Source of the DNA: a virus
Lineage: Duplodnaviria > Caudoviricetes
Virus record (IMG/VR): IMGVR_UViG_3300044446_000019
Coordinates: 12-64,011 of that record
Direction: 5' to 3' (one strand)
DNA length: 64,000 bases
Numbering within the stretch: position 1 is the first letter of the stretch; every line of letters begins with the position of its first letter. Shown here one piece after another: positions 17,503 to 27,555 of this stretch. The notes beneath the pieces were generated by a model. It was not told the DNA's origin and made no database searches. It saw only the letters and a list, made by a program, of their open reading frames with translations. The position numbers and the translations under genes are program-made.

Positions 17503-18512
17503 GCATTTGCCTGGATTGTCTGATCTGCCATGTATTGCCTCCCCATTTCAGCCTGCTCCTTGCGGAGCACGTCATCAGTGAGCAGGCGCTTGAGCTGGGC
17601 GTACCACTCTTTCGGGGTGGCAGCGAGAAGCCCGCAACCTGACTCACGGTTGAGCTTACGGTACTCCTCCCGTGGTGAAGCAATCCACGGAACACCCACT
17701 GCCATGTGCTCGATCCCCTTGAGCCTGGACTTCGAGGCGTTGAACGCAGTGGGCTCCAAGGGGACCATGGCTACGCTGTACGTCTCCGACAGCGCCTTGT
17801 TCCAGTCGGTCAGGGGCACGGAGCCGGTACACGGTGGCGCCTCCTTGAGCCTGAGGACGTCCTTCACCTTGCTCTCGGGCCCAACGACCCTGAACGGGAA
17901 ACCTTCCTCTATGAGCTGCTGAGCGGCCTTGCCTACCTCTTGTAGGTCCCCTGGGTGGGAGATAGTGGTACCACCCCACCCAAACCCATCCGTATCCACT
18001 GCCGGGTAGCCCAACACAGCGGCCGGGACGTAGTTGTCGATGACAACTCCTCGCCCGTGCTTCGCGTAGACCTTCTGCAACCTGGCCGTGCTGGTGGTGA
18101 CCAAGGTGGCACGCTTGCAGCATTCCATTGCCCATTTCCAGGACAGCGGGGAGCGCTTGTTGCTATGGCGGTACGTCTGGTACGCGATGTTATTCGGATG
18201 GATGCTGGACATGTCATCGTCCATATCGATGATGACAGCTACCTTGTTCTGACGCAGGATCTCGATCATTTGAGCTTGGAGTGGGTGAGCGGGGCGCTGC
18301 ACTACGAGGACATCGGCGTCAGCTGGAACCTGAATCGAGACAACCTTCTGACTGCCGTCCGGGAGGTCCTCTGTCTTACAGGCGATGCCAGACTCTTTGC
18401 TGGGTGGCATGATCGTGATATCCATGCCCTGATCGTGAAGTGCTTGCGCGGGCCAGATGAGGCGGTAGTGCCCGCATCCATGGAGATCAGCCGGTAGCAC
18501 ATACACCTTCAT
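17451..18512 (-). CDS. Glycosyltransferase (GT-B/GT4-like)
   Basis: GCGHYRLIWP...VVQR...DMDDD...PLE..FN.SKS.LKGIE...GVPWIASP. Confidence 0.85.
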   Translation of the reverse strand: MKVYVLPADLHGCGHYRLIWPAQALHDQGMDITIMPPSKESGIACKTEDLPDGSQKVVSIQVPADADVLVVQRPAHPLQAQMIEILRQNKVAVIIDMDDDMSSIHPNNIAYQTYRHSNKRSPLSWKWAMECCKRATLVTTSTARLQKVYAKHGRGVVIDNYVPAAVLGYPAVDTDGFGWGGTTISHPGDLQEVGKAAQQLIEEGFPFRVVGPESKVKDVLRLKEAPPCTGSVPLTDWNKALSETYSVAMVPLEPTAFNASKSRLKGIEHMAVGVPWIASPREEYRKLNRESGCGLLAATPKEWYAQLKRLLTDDVLRKEQAEMGRQYMADQTIQANAWRWHEAWTAAMLMERA

Positions 18513-18520
18513 GTGATCTC

Positions 18521-19111
18521 CTACGTGTCGATAGGAAGTATGGTGGCGTAGTAGGTGGTACCGGAGGTTGCTCCCCAGATAACCAGGTTCCCGTTAATCT
18601 TCAGCTGCATCAATGGACCTACGACACCTACTGCCGGTGACGGATTACAGGCAACGGGATACGTGATAGTCGTCAGGGGTCGATAGCCCACGGGGAGGTT
18701 AGTGACCACGGTGTCATTGGCGGTGGTACCGGATGCCATCTCCCCTACGATCTGAATACAGTTCGGCAGTGCTGACAGTCGGCGATATTGACAGGGGACT
18801 TCTGCGGCAACCGAGTTGTGCCAGCCGTTCTGGAACACGAACGGATGCCAGGGGTCGGGGTCTGCTCCTGGTCCAATGATGAAATTGCCGGCCGGTGGCA
18901 CCTGGATGGCCATGACCCGTAGACCGGAGATCAGAGACATGTTGCTGACGTTGACTGCACCAATAGCCACGCTGTCACCGTCGTAGGTGATGCTCACTCT
19001 GTCAGGTGCCACGGTGGCAGGGCGCATGGTCCACGTGAGACCCAGAGACTTCGCTCGGTCCACAATGGACTGGGCGCCTACGCCAACAAGGGCCGGTGCT
19101 TCGTCAGTCAC
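18521..19111 (-). CDS. Minor tail/spike protein
   Basis: Position; LPVGYRP tail-fibre motif. Confidence 0.7.
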   Translation of the reverse strand: MTDEAPALVGVGAQSIVDRAKSLGLTWTMRPATVAPDRVSITYDGDSVAIGAVNVSNMSLISGLRVMAIQVPPAGNFIIGPGADPDPWHPFVFQNGWHNSVAAEVPCQYRRLSALPNCIQIVGEMASGTTANDTVVTNLPVGYRPLTTITYPVACNPSPAVGVVGPLMQLKINGNLVIWGATSGTTYYATILPIDT

Positions 19112-20183
19112 TGGCGTACGCCTTACGCAGTAGATGATTCATCTGACCTCCCTCGGTCAGCGCCATGGACCATGCCAACTCCAGCCACAGATCTCCCTGC
19201 CATCGGATGACCTGGTAAGAATCGTGGCGTGGATCCGGGGCAGTTGTCAGCGTCACCCGTTCGAAGATCGTCTGTCGGTTCGCCAAGTTTTGTGCCACCA
19301 ATGTGGCCTGTGAGATGGTGGCAATCTGTAGATCCTGTGTCTCTAGGATCTGAAACCCCCGGTTCGCCTCCGAGTGGGGTGCAGTGGGGGGGACTGTGGC
19401 AATACCCACCACCGGCACACTGGAATCAGTGGCCGCGTTAGAAATGACCACGAACGTATTAGGTGCCATCAAGAGGTCATCGGTCTCGACGATGTCTGAT
19501 CGGGTGACCTGATTGCCGGCATCGTAGTCAAACTCCGGAATCCTGGTGGCCGGGTTAAAGGACCTGATGAACCTCAGGACCCCATTGTTATCGAACCAAG
19601 GACTGAAATAGTCACCTGTCGTGGCCAGAGCCTCCAGCATCACGCCGCGACTGGTACCGATAGACCAGGAGTCCACGGACTGTAGCGGTGAAGGCTCCAT
19701 GGAGAAGTCGATCGGCAATCCCTCCAGGACCAGGGCCACCACAATAGGGACCGTGCGCGGAGTTGCGCCCGTCAAACCAGAGACACCGTTCGGGGACTGC
19801 TGGTCAACCAGGAACATCTCGTCATTGAGCGCCATCTGACCGAGCTTGCCGCTAGTGTACTTCTGCCTGGAAGCGTCGGTGAACATGTACTTCCCTAACG
19901 GGTACTGCTGCCCGTTAGGGAACACCATTGTCACCGTGATCCGGTCCGTGATGGAGTTGATGGCAGCGGTGTCTTCCTTGCCCAGGGCCAAAGTCAACTG
20001 ACGCTTGATGGTCCTGGTGGTGTCATGGGTTAGTGCAGCACCGCGCAGTGGATGGATCTCTCCCAGGTTCTCACCCGTCACACCGTTGATGCGGTGGAAC
20101 CTGAACGTGGCCTGACGCTGACCCACCCATGGAGCCAGGTCCAGAAGTGGGTCATAGGGGAGGAGAGTGAGACCAGCCATCAT
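19104..20183 (-). CDS. Minor tail (hub-like) protein
   Basis: Position after the large tail protein; YPLGKY, PDPRHD motifs. Confidence 0.7.
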   Translation of the reverse strand: MMAGLTLLPYDPLLDLAPWVGQRQATFRFHRINGVTGENLGEIHPLRGAALTHDTTRTIKRQLTLALGKEDTAAINSITDRITVTMVFPNGQQYPLGKYMFTDASRQKYTSGKLGQMALNDEMFLVDQQSPNGVSGLTGATPRTVPIVVALVLEGLPIDFSMEPSPLQSVDSWSIGTSRGVMLEALATTGDYFSPWFDNNGVLRFIRSFNPATRIPEFDYDAGNQVTRSDIVETDDLLMAPNTFVVISNAATDSSVPVVGIATVPPTAPHSEANRGFQILETQDLQIATISQATLVAQNLANRQTIFERVTLTTAPDPRHDSYQVIRWQGDLWLELAWSMALTEGGQMNHLLRKAYASD

Positions 20184-23100
20184 GGACTCACGGGGGTAGG
20201 TGTGTCAGTAACCTCGACGATGGTCACCGGGGCCATGTATAAACGACGACTGTTCAGGACAGTGCCACCGGGCACCGACACGTTGGCAAACCATCTGTTG
20301 CCGGCCTCATCTCGCAGGCAAATGAACGGCACGTCCACCCATGCCATGTTGCGTAGAGAAGTGAAGTCTTCCAAGGTTTCCGGGGAGATGGCAGCAGCCT
20401 GGACGAGGAGGTTCCGGCTGAAGTTGGTGCCACCTCGTTCCGATGGCCGGAAGGCAACAACGAAGTCTCGGTCATACATGACCTGGAACACCTGGCCGGC
20501 AGCTTCGGGGAAGTTGAAGTCTTCCGACACCTCCCCATCCCAGCCGAGACAATAGGCCAGGTTGCTACTGCCGTTCTGGATCGAGTTGGTGGTAAAGATC
20601 CATACGTGACTGGTGGCATTGGTAGATGTGGCAGTGACACCGGGGGCCGGGATTGTCGCCGTGATAGTGGACGACCAGGACCCAGCGAACTCATACAGGT
20701 TGACCTTCCGGACCCTGTAGCTGGCCAGGATCCCCACTCTGGCCTCGTAGTCATTGAACGACATCTGGGCCTGATTGGTGGCCTTCATGATCGTTTTCCA
20801 GGTGGCGTCCACTGTATCCATACGCTGGATCTCGGTGTACCCCAGGTCATAGTTACTGACCAACAGATTGTCATAGGAAACGGTGATGGTGGTGGGGGAC
20901 CCGGGACCAGCGATCGACCGGGTACCCACAAGACCAGCGACACCGTTGGCGGTGGTGGCTACCTGGATCAACCAGTCAGCCGGTTCTACATCCCCATCCA
21001 ACCAAGCTTTGCCCTTGAAAGCGGAACCGAAGGCCAGGAGTCGGAGTTTCACCTTAGTGCCGGGGATGTAGCGACCAGCGAAGGTCACTGTTCCCAGGAC
21101 GGTGTGCACCGCAGAAACCACACTGGTGAGAATCAGCTTCACTGAACCATCGATGGCAAAGTTGATCTCCCCGTATAGTTGATCACCACTGCCGTTGTCC
21201 CGTAAGAACAGAGAACCCCAGTGATCAGCGCCAGAGGCAGCTGTGTCCGACGAGATCTCCACGTAACCGTTCACGTCACGAACAGAAAAGGTAGCTGCCC
21301 GGGTGAGTCGGTACACGTTGGTGGTGGACAACAAGATGTTGCCCGTGCTGCCGTTGACCGAATAGTCCGAGGCTGACCCACCCGAGGCGGTCCAGGCCTG
21401 TCCACTGGTAGCAGTACCCCAGCCGCTGGCCACCACCCGAGTGAACAGGTCCGACATCTGGTTGACCTGGTCGAGTGTCCATGCCAACTGGTTGTAGCTC
21501 AGGGCCGTGGGGATGAACTCCGGCGGCAGTCCACAATCGAGCCCGATCCCTGTGAGCGCCTGACTCAGGACCGTGACCCCAAAACCAGACACAGGTGCTG
21601 GGTCGGTACTGAAGATCAACGTGGCGTCGGTAGTTTGATCATCCGTCGTCGCGGTAACCGGTGGAGCGTAGCCAGGAACCCAACCCATGTTGACAGTGGC
21701 GCCAACAGTTGGCTGACCATAGGTGGCACTGGACAACTGTTGAGGCGGCGGCACTAATGTATACAACCCGGCAGGGGTACCCGATAGCGCTGGTGCTATT
21801 GCACCCAACACTTCCCATCTGTTACCGGCGACCTCGGTCGCTGCGCTCCATACCCACTGAGGATTGGTGCCGGCGCCCATGGAAGGTGCAGTTGGGAACC
21901 GGAGAGTGATCTCCTTCCAACCATCAACGATCTCATCCAACCCGTCGAAATCATCAGGTGTGATGGATACATTCTGACCACTGCCGCTGAGGGTAGGCGA
22001 GGACAAGGTCAGGGGGACAGTCGTGTTACCGAACCGGCGAGCGTAGTAACGCACCTGTGGATACGACAGTGCCGATAGACCGGTATCGAAGATCTCCTGT
22101 GTGGCCGTGATTGTTCCGTAGACCTGAGCCCGAGCCTGCCGACCGTACACGTGAACCTCAGGAACCGGGCCACCGGAAGTATGCAAGGTCAACTGGGTCA
22201 AGACATGGGTATCAAGCTTCTCGAAGGTGCTGCCCACGGCAGTCAGATCCATGGGGGACGGGATATCCAGCTGCGTACCAGGGTGATCTGGCAGTGCATA
22301 CAACTCTCGAACCGCGTTGAGATTTGAGAAGTCGGAGGTAGTAACAGTCGTGTTGCCGTTCAGTGCACCCACGTCGGCTGACGACAGGGTCACCGTGTAT
22401 TCACCTACAGCCAGGCTTGGCTGAGCGTTGCTACCAGCAGCGAACTGGGCGACATCCAACAGGGGGATGGTGTTGGCACCCAAGATGGTGTCTTTACCAA
22501 AGGACGAAGAGGAGAACGTGGTACCAAACTGTTCGGCACCATATGCAATGCGTTGCTCCTCGCAGTAGAAGATCTCCAGAGCTACATAGAAGATGTAACA
22601 ACTGGATGATCCGGCAATGGTGCCCGTGTTGACCGAGGTGCCCGTAGTGATGATGGTGTAAATGATAGGAGCGAGGATGTCCAGTCGCAGCAGGTTCAGG
22701 TAATTCCACGGCATCCGGGTAGAACTGGACGTGGGTGTGGTGGGACTGTTCCAGAACTGGTTGATCTCGCCGGTTTTGTTTCGATCAATTTCCAGGTTAT
22801 CGCCGAGTCGACCGAACAAGGCGAACGGAGTTACCGGGATGACGGCAGCGTTCTGGGCCATGTAAACGGCACTGGCCGAGCTGGAACCGGCACCGAAGAT
22901 GTCACTGGTGCCAGACCCACCGATGAGGATGTTTACCCCCAAGATCCTCTTGGCGGTCAGGTTCGGGTACTGGCCAACGGCGAAGTTGATGACGAGACCA
23001 GCATTAGCCAACGAGGTGTTCAGGGAGATACCCGAAGAGGTGCTCTGAGTCAGGAGAGCCTGGACTGCGGTAGCAGCACCGGACACAGTGCCACCGGTCA

Positions 23101-23383
23101 TAGCTACAAGGTTGGCCGGGATAACCTCACGGCGCACTGGTCCACTGAGACCCTCTGTCCCGCGTCGATAGACAGCAGCCAGGTAGGTCTGTCCACGATC
23201 AGTCAACGGCGGCATCTCGTTGACATAGAACCGTGCGTCCTGGAGACGACGACTGGCGGTGACTGTCAACCCATGGCCTAGCTCCACCGCGTTCACACTG
23301 GGAGAGAAGACCGTGTTCTCATCCCGAATCGGCGCCCACTCCTGGCCAAGGATGAACGGGATATGCGGATTGTAGTTGCCCAT
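20180..23383 (-). CDS. Large minor tail protein (1067 aa) with beta-rich/lectin-like domains
   Basis: Directly after the tape measure; DLFTRVVASGWGTATSGQAW and GKAW..G..EP.DW motifs. Confidence 0.75.
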   Translation of the reverse strand: MGNYNPHIPFILGQEWAPIRDENTVFSPSVNAVELGHGLTVTASRRLQDARFYVNEMPPLTDRGQTYLAAVYRRGTEGLSGPVRREVIPANLVAMTGGTVSGAATAVQALLTQSTSSGISLNTSLANAGLVINFAVGQYPNLTAKRILGVNILIGGSGTSDIFGAGSSSASAVYMAQNAAVIPVTPFALFGRLGDNLEIDRNKTGEINQFWNSPTTPTSSSTRMPWNYLNLLRLDILAPIIYTIITTGTSVNTGTIAGSSSCYIFYVALEIFYCEEQRIAYGAEQFGTTFSSSSFGKDTILGANTIPLLDVAQFAAGSNAQPSLAVGEYTVTLSSADVGALNGNTTVTTSDFSNLNAVRELYALPDHPGTQLDIPSPMDLTAVGSTFEKLDTHVLTQLTLHTSGGPVPEVHVYGRQARAQVYGTITATQEIFDTGLSALSYPQVRYYARRFGNTTVPLTLSSPTLSGSGQNVSITPDDFDGLDEIVDGWKEITLRFPTAPSMGAGTNPQWVWSAATEVAGNRWEVLGAIAPALSGTPAGLYTLVPPPQQLSSATYGQPTVGATVNMGWVPGYAPPVTATTDDQTTDATLIFSTDPAPVSGFGVTVLSQALTGIGLDCGLPPEFIPTALSYNQLAWTLDQVNQMSDLFTRVVASGWGTATSGQAWTASGGSASDYSVNGSTGNILLSTTNVYRLTRAATFSVRDVNGYVEISSDTAASGADHWGSLFLRDNGSGDQLYGEINFAIDGSVKLILTSVVSAVHTVLGTVTFAGRYIPGTKVKLRLLAFGSAFKGKAWLDGDVEPADWLIQVATTANGVAGLVGTRSIAGPGSPTTITVSYDNLLVSNYDLGYTEIQRMDTVDATWKTIMKATNQAQMSFNDYEARVGILASYRVRKVNLYEFAGSWSSTITATIPAPGVTATSTNATSHVWIFTTNSIQNGSSNLAYCLGWDGEVSEDFNFPEAAGQVFQVMYDRDFVVAFRPSERGGTNFSRNLLVQAAAISPETLEDFTSLRNMAWVDVPFICLRDEAGNRWFANVSVPGGTVLNSRRLYMAPVTIVEVTDTPTPVSP

Positions 23384-25464
23384 TACAGAGTCCTCACCGC
23401 GAGCCGCGTGTTCCGGGCAGCCAACTGACTGCTGATACCAGCCCCCACGGCTACGCCTGTTGCCGTGGCTTCGTTCTGTGTCGGCAGCGCTCCCCGGAAG
23501 TTCACTTGGAGTGCATTGGCGCCGAAGAGAACATGGGTGGTGTTCTGGTTGATTCCGATACCCCCTAGGCCGGCAGTGAAATCCCCCAACATGGCTTGGA
23601 TATCCTGGGCCCCGGCTGCAATCCCTGCCCCAAACCCCTCCATGACCGCCCTACCCGTTGGCTCCAGGACCTTTTTGTCGGTTTCCTCGGGGCCCTTCCA
23701 GTCCGGCAACATGTTGGTGACCCAATTCAAGGTGGACCTCAGGCCGGGGATGGCGTTCTGGATACCGTTGATCAAGCCGTTGATCAGGTTCTTGCCGGCA
23801 TTCAGAAGCAGGCCACCGAGGTCACCTAGTGCCTGCGTGACCTCATGTGGAATACCGGAGACCTTATCCTTCAGCTTCTGAGTGTTCTCCTGGAAGCCAA
23901 GCCAAAGCTTCAGGAAGAACCCGACGATGTTGTCCCAGATATCTGTCGCTGCGTGCGCGATGCCGTGTCCAATGACGGAGAAGAAGTCACCAAGGAAGGC
24001 GACGATCTTGCCCAGTTCCAGGCCGAACCAGACGATGGCGTCAACGACAGCTGGGATGGCGGTGGACCCGAACCAGTCCACGAAAGCCTGAACGGACGCG
24101 AACAGGAACAGGACAGCTATCGTTACGCTCGCCAGTAGATAGAACGAAGCAATCGCTAACCCGATCGCCTCGTTCATTGCCCGCAGACCTGCCTCCGAGG
24201 CGAGGAAGGCGGTGAGCATCCCGAGCACCGTGGTCAGGTTGGTGATAAGGGCGTCACCACCGGCCTCATTCAGAGTGTCCAGGAACTGGACGATGAACGC
24301 GAACGCAGTAACGAGCAGCGGCCCCAGGAGTTGCAGCGTCGTGAACATCTCATCGAGCCACACTTGGAACTTTTTGGACTCAGAGAGCTTAATGAGGTTC
24401 TCGCCCAATTTGGTCAGGCCAGAGTTCAGGAGACCGCCCAACTTGGACAGCAACGGGATAGCCGCATCACCGAGGCGTACCAGACCCAGTAGGAAGGTCC
24501 CGAAAGCGGGGCCGAACTCACGTAGCCACGCCGTGGTAGCTGGAATGACATTGGCGATGAGGCTATGAAACTCGGGGCCCGAGAACGCGGCCAAGATGTC
24601 GTGCAAGGCACGACCGAGCACGGTGGACAGTTCGCCGATGTTACGTCGCAACAATGGGGCAACGTTGTTGACGATGTCCATGACTGAATTGCCGAAAGCC
24701 TTGAAGAAGTTCTGCTGCGCGACGGCCTGTAGGTCGGAGAACAGGCCCTTCAGTGGTAACAGACTCTTCACAAAGTTCTTAGCGGCCGGCTGGAGGCCAA
24801 CCAGCGCCTCGTTCAGTTCCTTGGCATTCTTCGCCGCGAACGCACCCTGAACGGCTGTCCCGATGCCCTTGAAAGCCAGGAACAGGACGCCTGCCTGGAG
24901 ACCGATGGCAGCAATCAAGGCAGGGATGGTGGTCAGGGTGGCCGCGACCGCATTCAGTGCCTGAAGTAGTGCACCGACCAGGCCGACGATGGCACCAATG
25001 ACTGGGATTAGGGCAATGATCAGCGGGGACCGGCCGGAGATGTTGAACGCGGAACCCAACGCGTCCTGGATAGCTTGAGTGAACTTGGTGAGGAATCCAC
25101 CATCCGAGGTGGCCTTAGTAAAGGCGTCTTCTACCTCGTTGGCGATACCGGCGGCGGCTCGGGAGATGAACCGACCGTCTTTCCCGCGCACGTTGTAGCG
25201 GAACTTCGGGGAGACCGGGATGTCTTCCTTCTCGACCGCGTCACCGATGGCCCTACCAATGGTGGGTCCGTGCCTACCGACCTCTTTCTCGATGCCTTTA
25301 CCGAGATGGTCACCGATGTCGGCACCGATCTTGTCGGCGTCCTTCTCCCCGCTCTTCCCGGCCTCGTCCAGTCCTTTACGGACGTCGGGTTCCACGTCGT
25401 CGGTGCGAGCGTGGACGTTAATCCACGCATCGCCGAGGCTTCCGCCGCCGAGGGGTCCGGTCAC
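23383..25464 (-). CDS. Tape measure protein
   Basis: Ala/Gly/Leu-rich amphipathic protein; GKNLINGLINGI...PDWKGP...G.AVMEGF. Confidence 0.85.
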   Translation of the reverse strand: MTGPLGGGSLGDAWINVHARTDDVEPDVRKGLDEAGKSGEKDADKIGADIGDHLGKGIEKEVGRHGPTIGRAIGDAVEKEDIPVSPKFRYNVRGKDGRFISRAAAGIANEVEDAFTKATSDGGFLTKFTQAIQDALGSAFNISGRSPLIIALIPVIGAIVGLVGALLQALNAVAATLTTIPALIAAIGLQAGVLFLAFKGIGTAVQGAFAAKNAKELNEALVGLQPAAKNFVKSLLPLKGLFSDLQAVAQQNFFKAFGNSVMDIVNNVAPLLRRNIGELSTVLGRALHDILAAFSGPEFHSLIANVIPATTAWLREFGPAFGTFLLGLVRLGDAAIPLLSKLGGLLNSGLTKLGENLIKLSESKKFQVWLDEMFTTLQLLGPLLVTAFAFIVQFLDTLNEAGGDALITNLTTVLGMLTAFLASEAGLRAMNEAIGLAIASFYLLASVTIAVLFLFASVQAFVDWFGSTAIPAVVDAIVWFGLELGKIVAFLGDFFSVIGHGIAHAATDIWDNIVGFFLKLWLGFQENTQKLKDKVSGIPHEVTQALGDLGGLLLNAGKNLINGLINGIQNAIPGLRSTLNWVTNMLPDWKGPEETDKKVLEPTGRAVMEGFGAGIAAGAQDIQAMLGDFTAGLGGIGINQNTTHVLFGANALQVNFRGALPTQNEATATGVAVGAGISSQLAARNTRLAVRTL

Positions 25465-25506
25465 AGCCTCATGGTACGGATCAAAGTGGGCAAGATGGTA
25501 CTACTA

Positions 25507-26160
25507 CTACCCAGCCATGGCCATGAAGGCATCTGCTGACATACCGGCTGTCTCTTCAGGCGCTGGACCCCAGCCCTCGGGTGCCAACTCCAGTTTCATC
25601 AGGAACATGTTGCGTTTCGAGTCGTCAATGTTGCGCACGATCAGTAGAAACAGGGAATCCAGCCATGCGGCCAAAGGCACAACAGCGGCGTCCGCTCTCT
25701 TCACCATGTCGCCACCAAGGGCATCCCAGCTCTGTCGAGCGATGGTAATGAGGCGCAGGGACACCCACCAGGGTCGACCGGAGACCTGACTGATGATCTC
25801 CAGAGCGAGCTCCTGGGAGTCACCCAAATCCAGGATCCCTGAGTGCAGTTGATCTTCGACGAACTGTCGCTCGTCCTCGTCCAGTAGCCCCGGGAACACG
25901 TCATCAGCCTGGAGCTGAGCGTTCATGAGGACATGCAACCAGTCAGCCGCACACATGGCAGGGATGGTCAGCTCCCTGCCAGCAACATCCATCACTATCG
26001 GCCATTGCTTCAGAGACCAGACCGGATCCAGCACCAGGTGCGGCAGAGTGATCTGCCCACCGGATGGCGCCTCAGGGCTACTTGGCGGACTTGCGCGGCG
26101 GCCGACCACGGCGCACCACCGGCTTCTCTGGTTCCTCGCCAAACGCAGACAGGAACCCAA
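25507..26160 (-). CDS. Tail assembly chaperone, second ORF (start uncertain)
   Basis: Immediately before the tape measure; GRPWWV.LRL. Confidence 0.6.
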   Translation of the reverse strand: MGSCLRLARNQRSRWCAVVGRRASPPSSPEAPSGGQITLPHLVLDPVWSLKQWPIVMDVAGRELTIPAMCAADWLHVLMNAQLQADDVFPGLLDEDERQFVEDQLHSGILDLGDSQELALEIISQVSGRPWWVSLRLITIARQSWDALGGDMVKRADAAVVPLAAWLDSLFLLIVRNIDDSKRNMFLMKLELAPEGWGPAPEETAGMSADAFMAMAG

Positions 26161-26419
26161 TGAAGTCAGTCAGGGTCAGGTCCCCGGTGCGCATGAGCAG
26201 GGTGACGTACGCTTTGTCGTCCTCGGAGAGGATCACCGACTCGAAGGCGTCCAGAATCCAGGCACCAGCCTGAAGCTTCACCGCGTTCTCGATACCCTCC
26301 TTCTGGAGCAGGGCTGCGTCCCGGCTCATGAGCAGAAGCTGGGCGTCGGTGAGGCGTTTAATCGAGACATTGCGGCCTTTAACGTCGACGAGACGGATAT
26401 TTGCTTCGGGGTCGGTCAT
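26078..26419 (-). CDS. Tail assembly chaperone
   Basis: Position and size. Confidence 0.6.
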   Translation of the reverse strand: MTDPEANIRLVDVKGRNVSIKRLTDAQLLLMSRDAALLQKEGIENAVKLQAGAWILDAFESVILSEDDKAYVTLLMRTGDLTLTDFIGFLSAFGEEPEKPVVRRGRPPRKSAK

Positions 26420-26423
26420 GTGG

Positions 26424-26873
26424 CTAATCGTAGGTGAATACCCTCATGTTGTGCTTGGGGGCTACGACCAGAAGCGGGATCCGCAGGTACGCCTTACCGG
26501 TCTGACCAGGATGGTTGACCTGTTTGAGGTATACGACGTGACCAACCTTGCGCCAGAAGAACACAAGCCACTTACCCTTACCTTTCGGAATAAGTGGGAT
26601 TTTATGGCGGCGAGCGCCACCCTCTACTGAGGCTGCATAAGGGAACCGGCGGCCGGAGATACCCACTTTCCCCTCTACGATGTGGGGGCCGTAGCGGATC
26701 TGGGTCTCCAGGCCCTTCACTAGGTTGCCTTGGGTATAGGGACCGAAGGAGAGGATGGCGGTGGCGCCTTCCTTGATCTCCCGGACCACCTGAGTTACAA
26801 GTCGTCGACCGGCTTCAATGGACTGGACTTGAATTTGGAATCGATCGACGCGAACGGTGTAACCAGCGGCCAC
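26424..26873 (-). CDS. HK97 gp10-like neck/tail completion protein
   Basis: YAASVEGG.R.H.I...VNHPG...YLR. Confidence 0.7.
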   Translation of the reverse strand: MAAGYTVRVDRFQIQVQSIEAGRRLVTQVVREIKEGATAILSFGPYTQGNLVKGLETQIRYGPHIVEGKVGISGRRFPYAASVEGGARRHKIPLIPKGKGKWLVFFWRKVGHVVYLKQVNHPGQTGKAYLRIPLLVVAPKHNMRVFTYD

Positions 26874-27001
26874 TTGTTCACCACCCTCACGTAGTCGCTG
26901 GCGATCAGGTGTGCCCAGCGTTCATCCAGCACAACACGGATCGTGTCGTGCTCCAGCCAATTCTCGAACGATTTCAGGATAACTAGGTTGGCGACCCACA
27001 T
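26795..27001 (-). CDS. Small hypothetical protein
   Basis: ATG overlaps the upstream stop. Confidence 0.4.
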   Translation of the reverse strand: MWVANLVILKSFENWLEHDTIRVVLDERWAHLIASDYVRVVNKWPLVTPFASIDSKFKSSPLKPVDDL

Positions 27002-27555
27002 CAGCACACGCAGTCGAGGTTGGGGAACTGGACGGTGACAGTCAGGTACCGCTCGGTGCAACCACCGTTGGGGGTGACCTGGGTCTGTCGGTTGATGACC
27101 ACGGACATGCCCAGATATAGGGCCTGGTTGGTGGTTACCCAGTCACGGATACAGCACGCCACCTGACGCAGAGCCTGAGCATCATAGAGGTTTTGGAGCG
27201 CGGCAGCCGTCCAGTCGGCATCAGTGGGCGGCTCGCCTTCGGCGTTACCCACCGGGGCACACCTGATAATTCCTAGCTTGAGATCGGCGGCCCAGAACGC
27301 TGGGGGACAGTTACCTCGGACCTGACGAATGATGTCCTGATCGGGGAACGAGTTGTCCGATACCCAGATGTCGCCCAGTGTCAGGTAGGCCAGACCCTCA
27401 CAGCAGTAGTCGGCGTACTGGCCCATGTCGTAGGCGATCTCGGGCCCGATACGCGGGGCACAGTGCTGTGGTGCCCCGACCATCTCACTGGTGATGCTGC
27501 ACAGGCAGGCCAACGCTGCATCGTACAGCTGACCTAATGGATCAAGGAGGGCCAT
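27001..27555 (-). CDS. Tail terminator-like protein
   Basis: Cys-rich; LGIIRCAP...P.GGC pattern of actinophage neck genes. Confidence 0.6.
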   Translation of the reverse strand: MALLDPLGQLYDAALACLCSITSEMVGAPQHCAPRIGPEIAYDMGQYADYCCEGLAYLTLGDIWVSDNSFPDQDIIRQVRGNCPPAFWAADLKLGIIRCAPVGNAEGEPPTDADWTAAALQNLYDAQALRQVACCIRDWVTTNQALYLGMSVVINRQTQVTPNGGCTERYLTVTVQFPNLDCVC

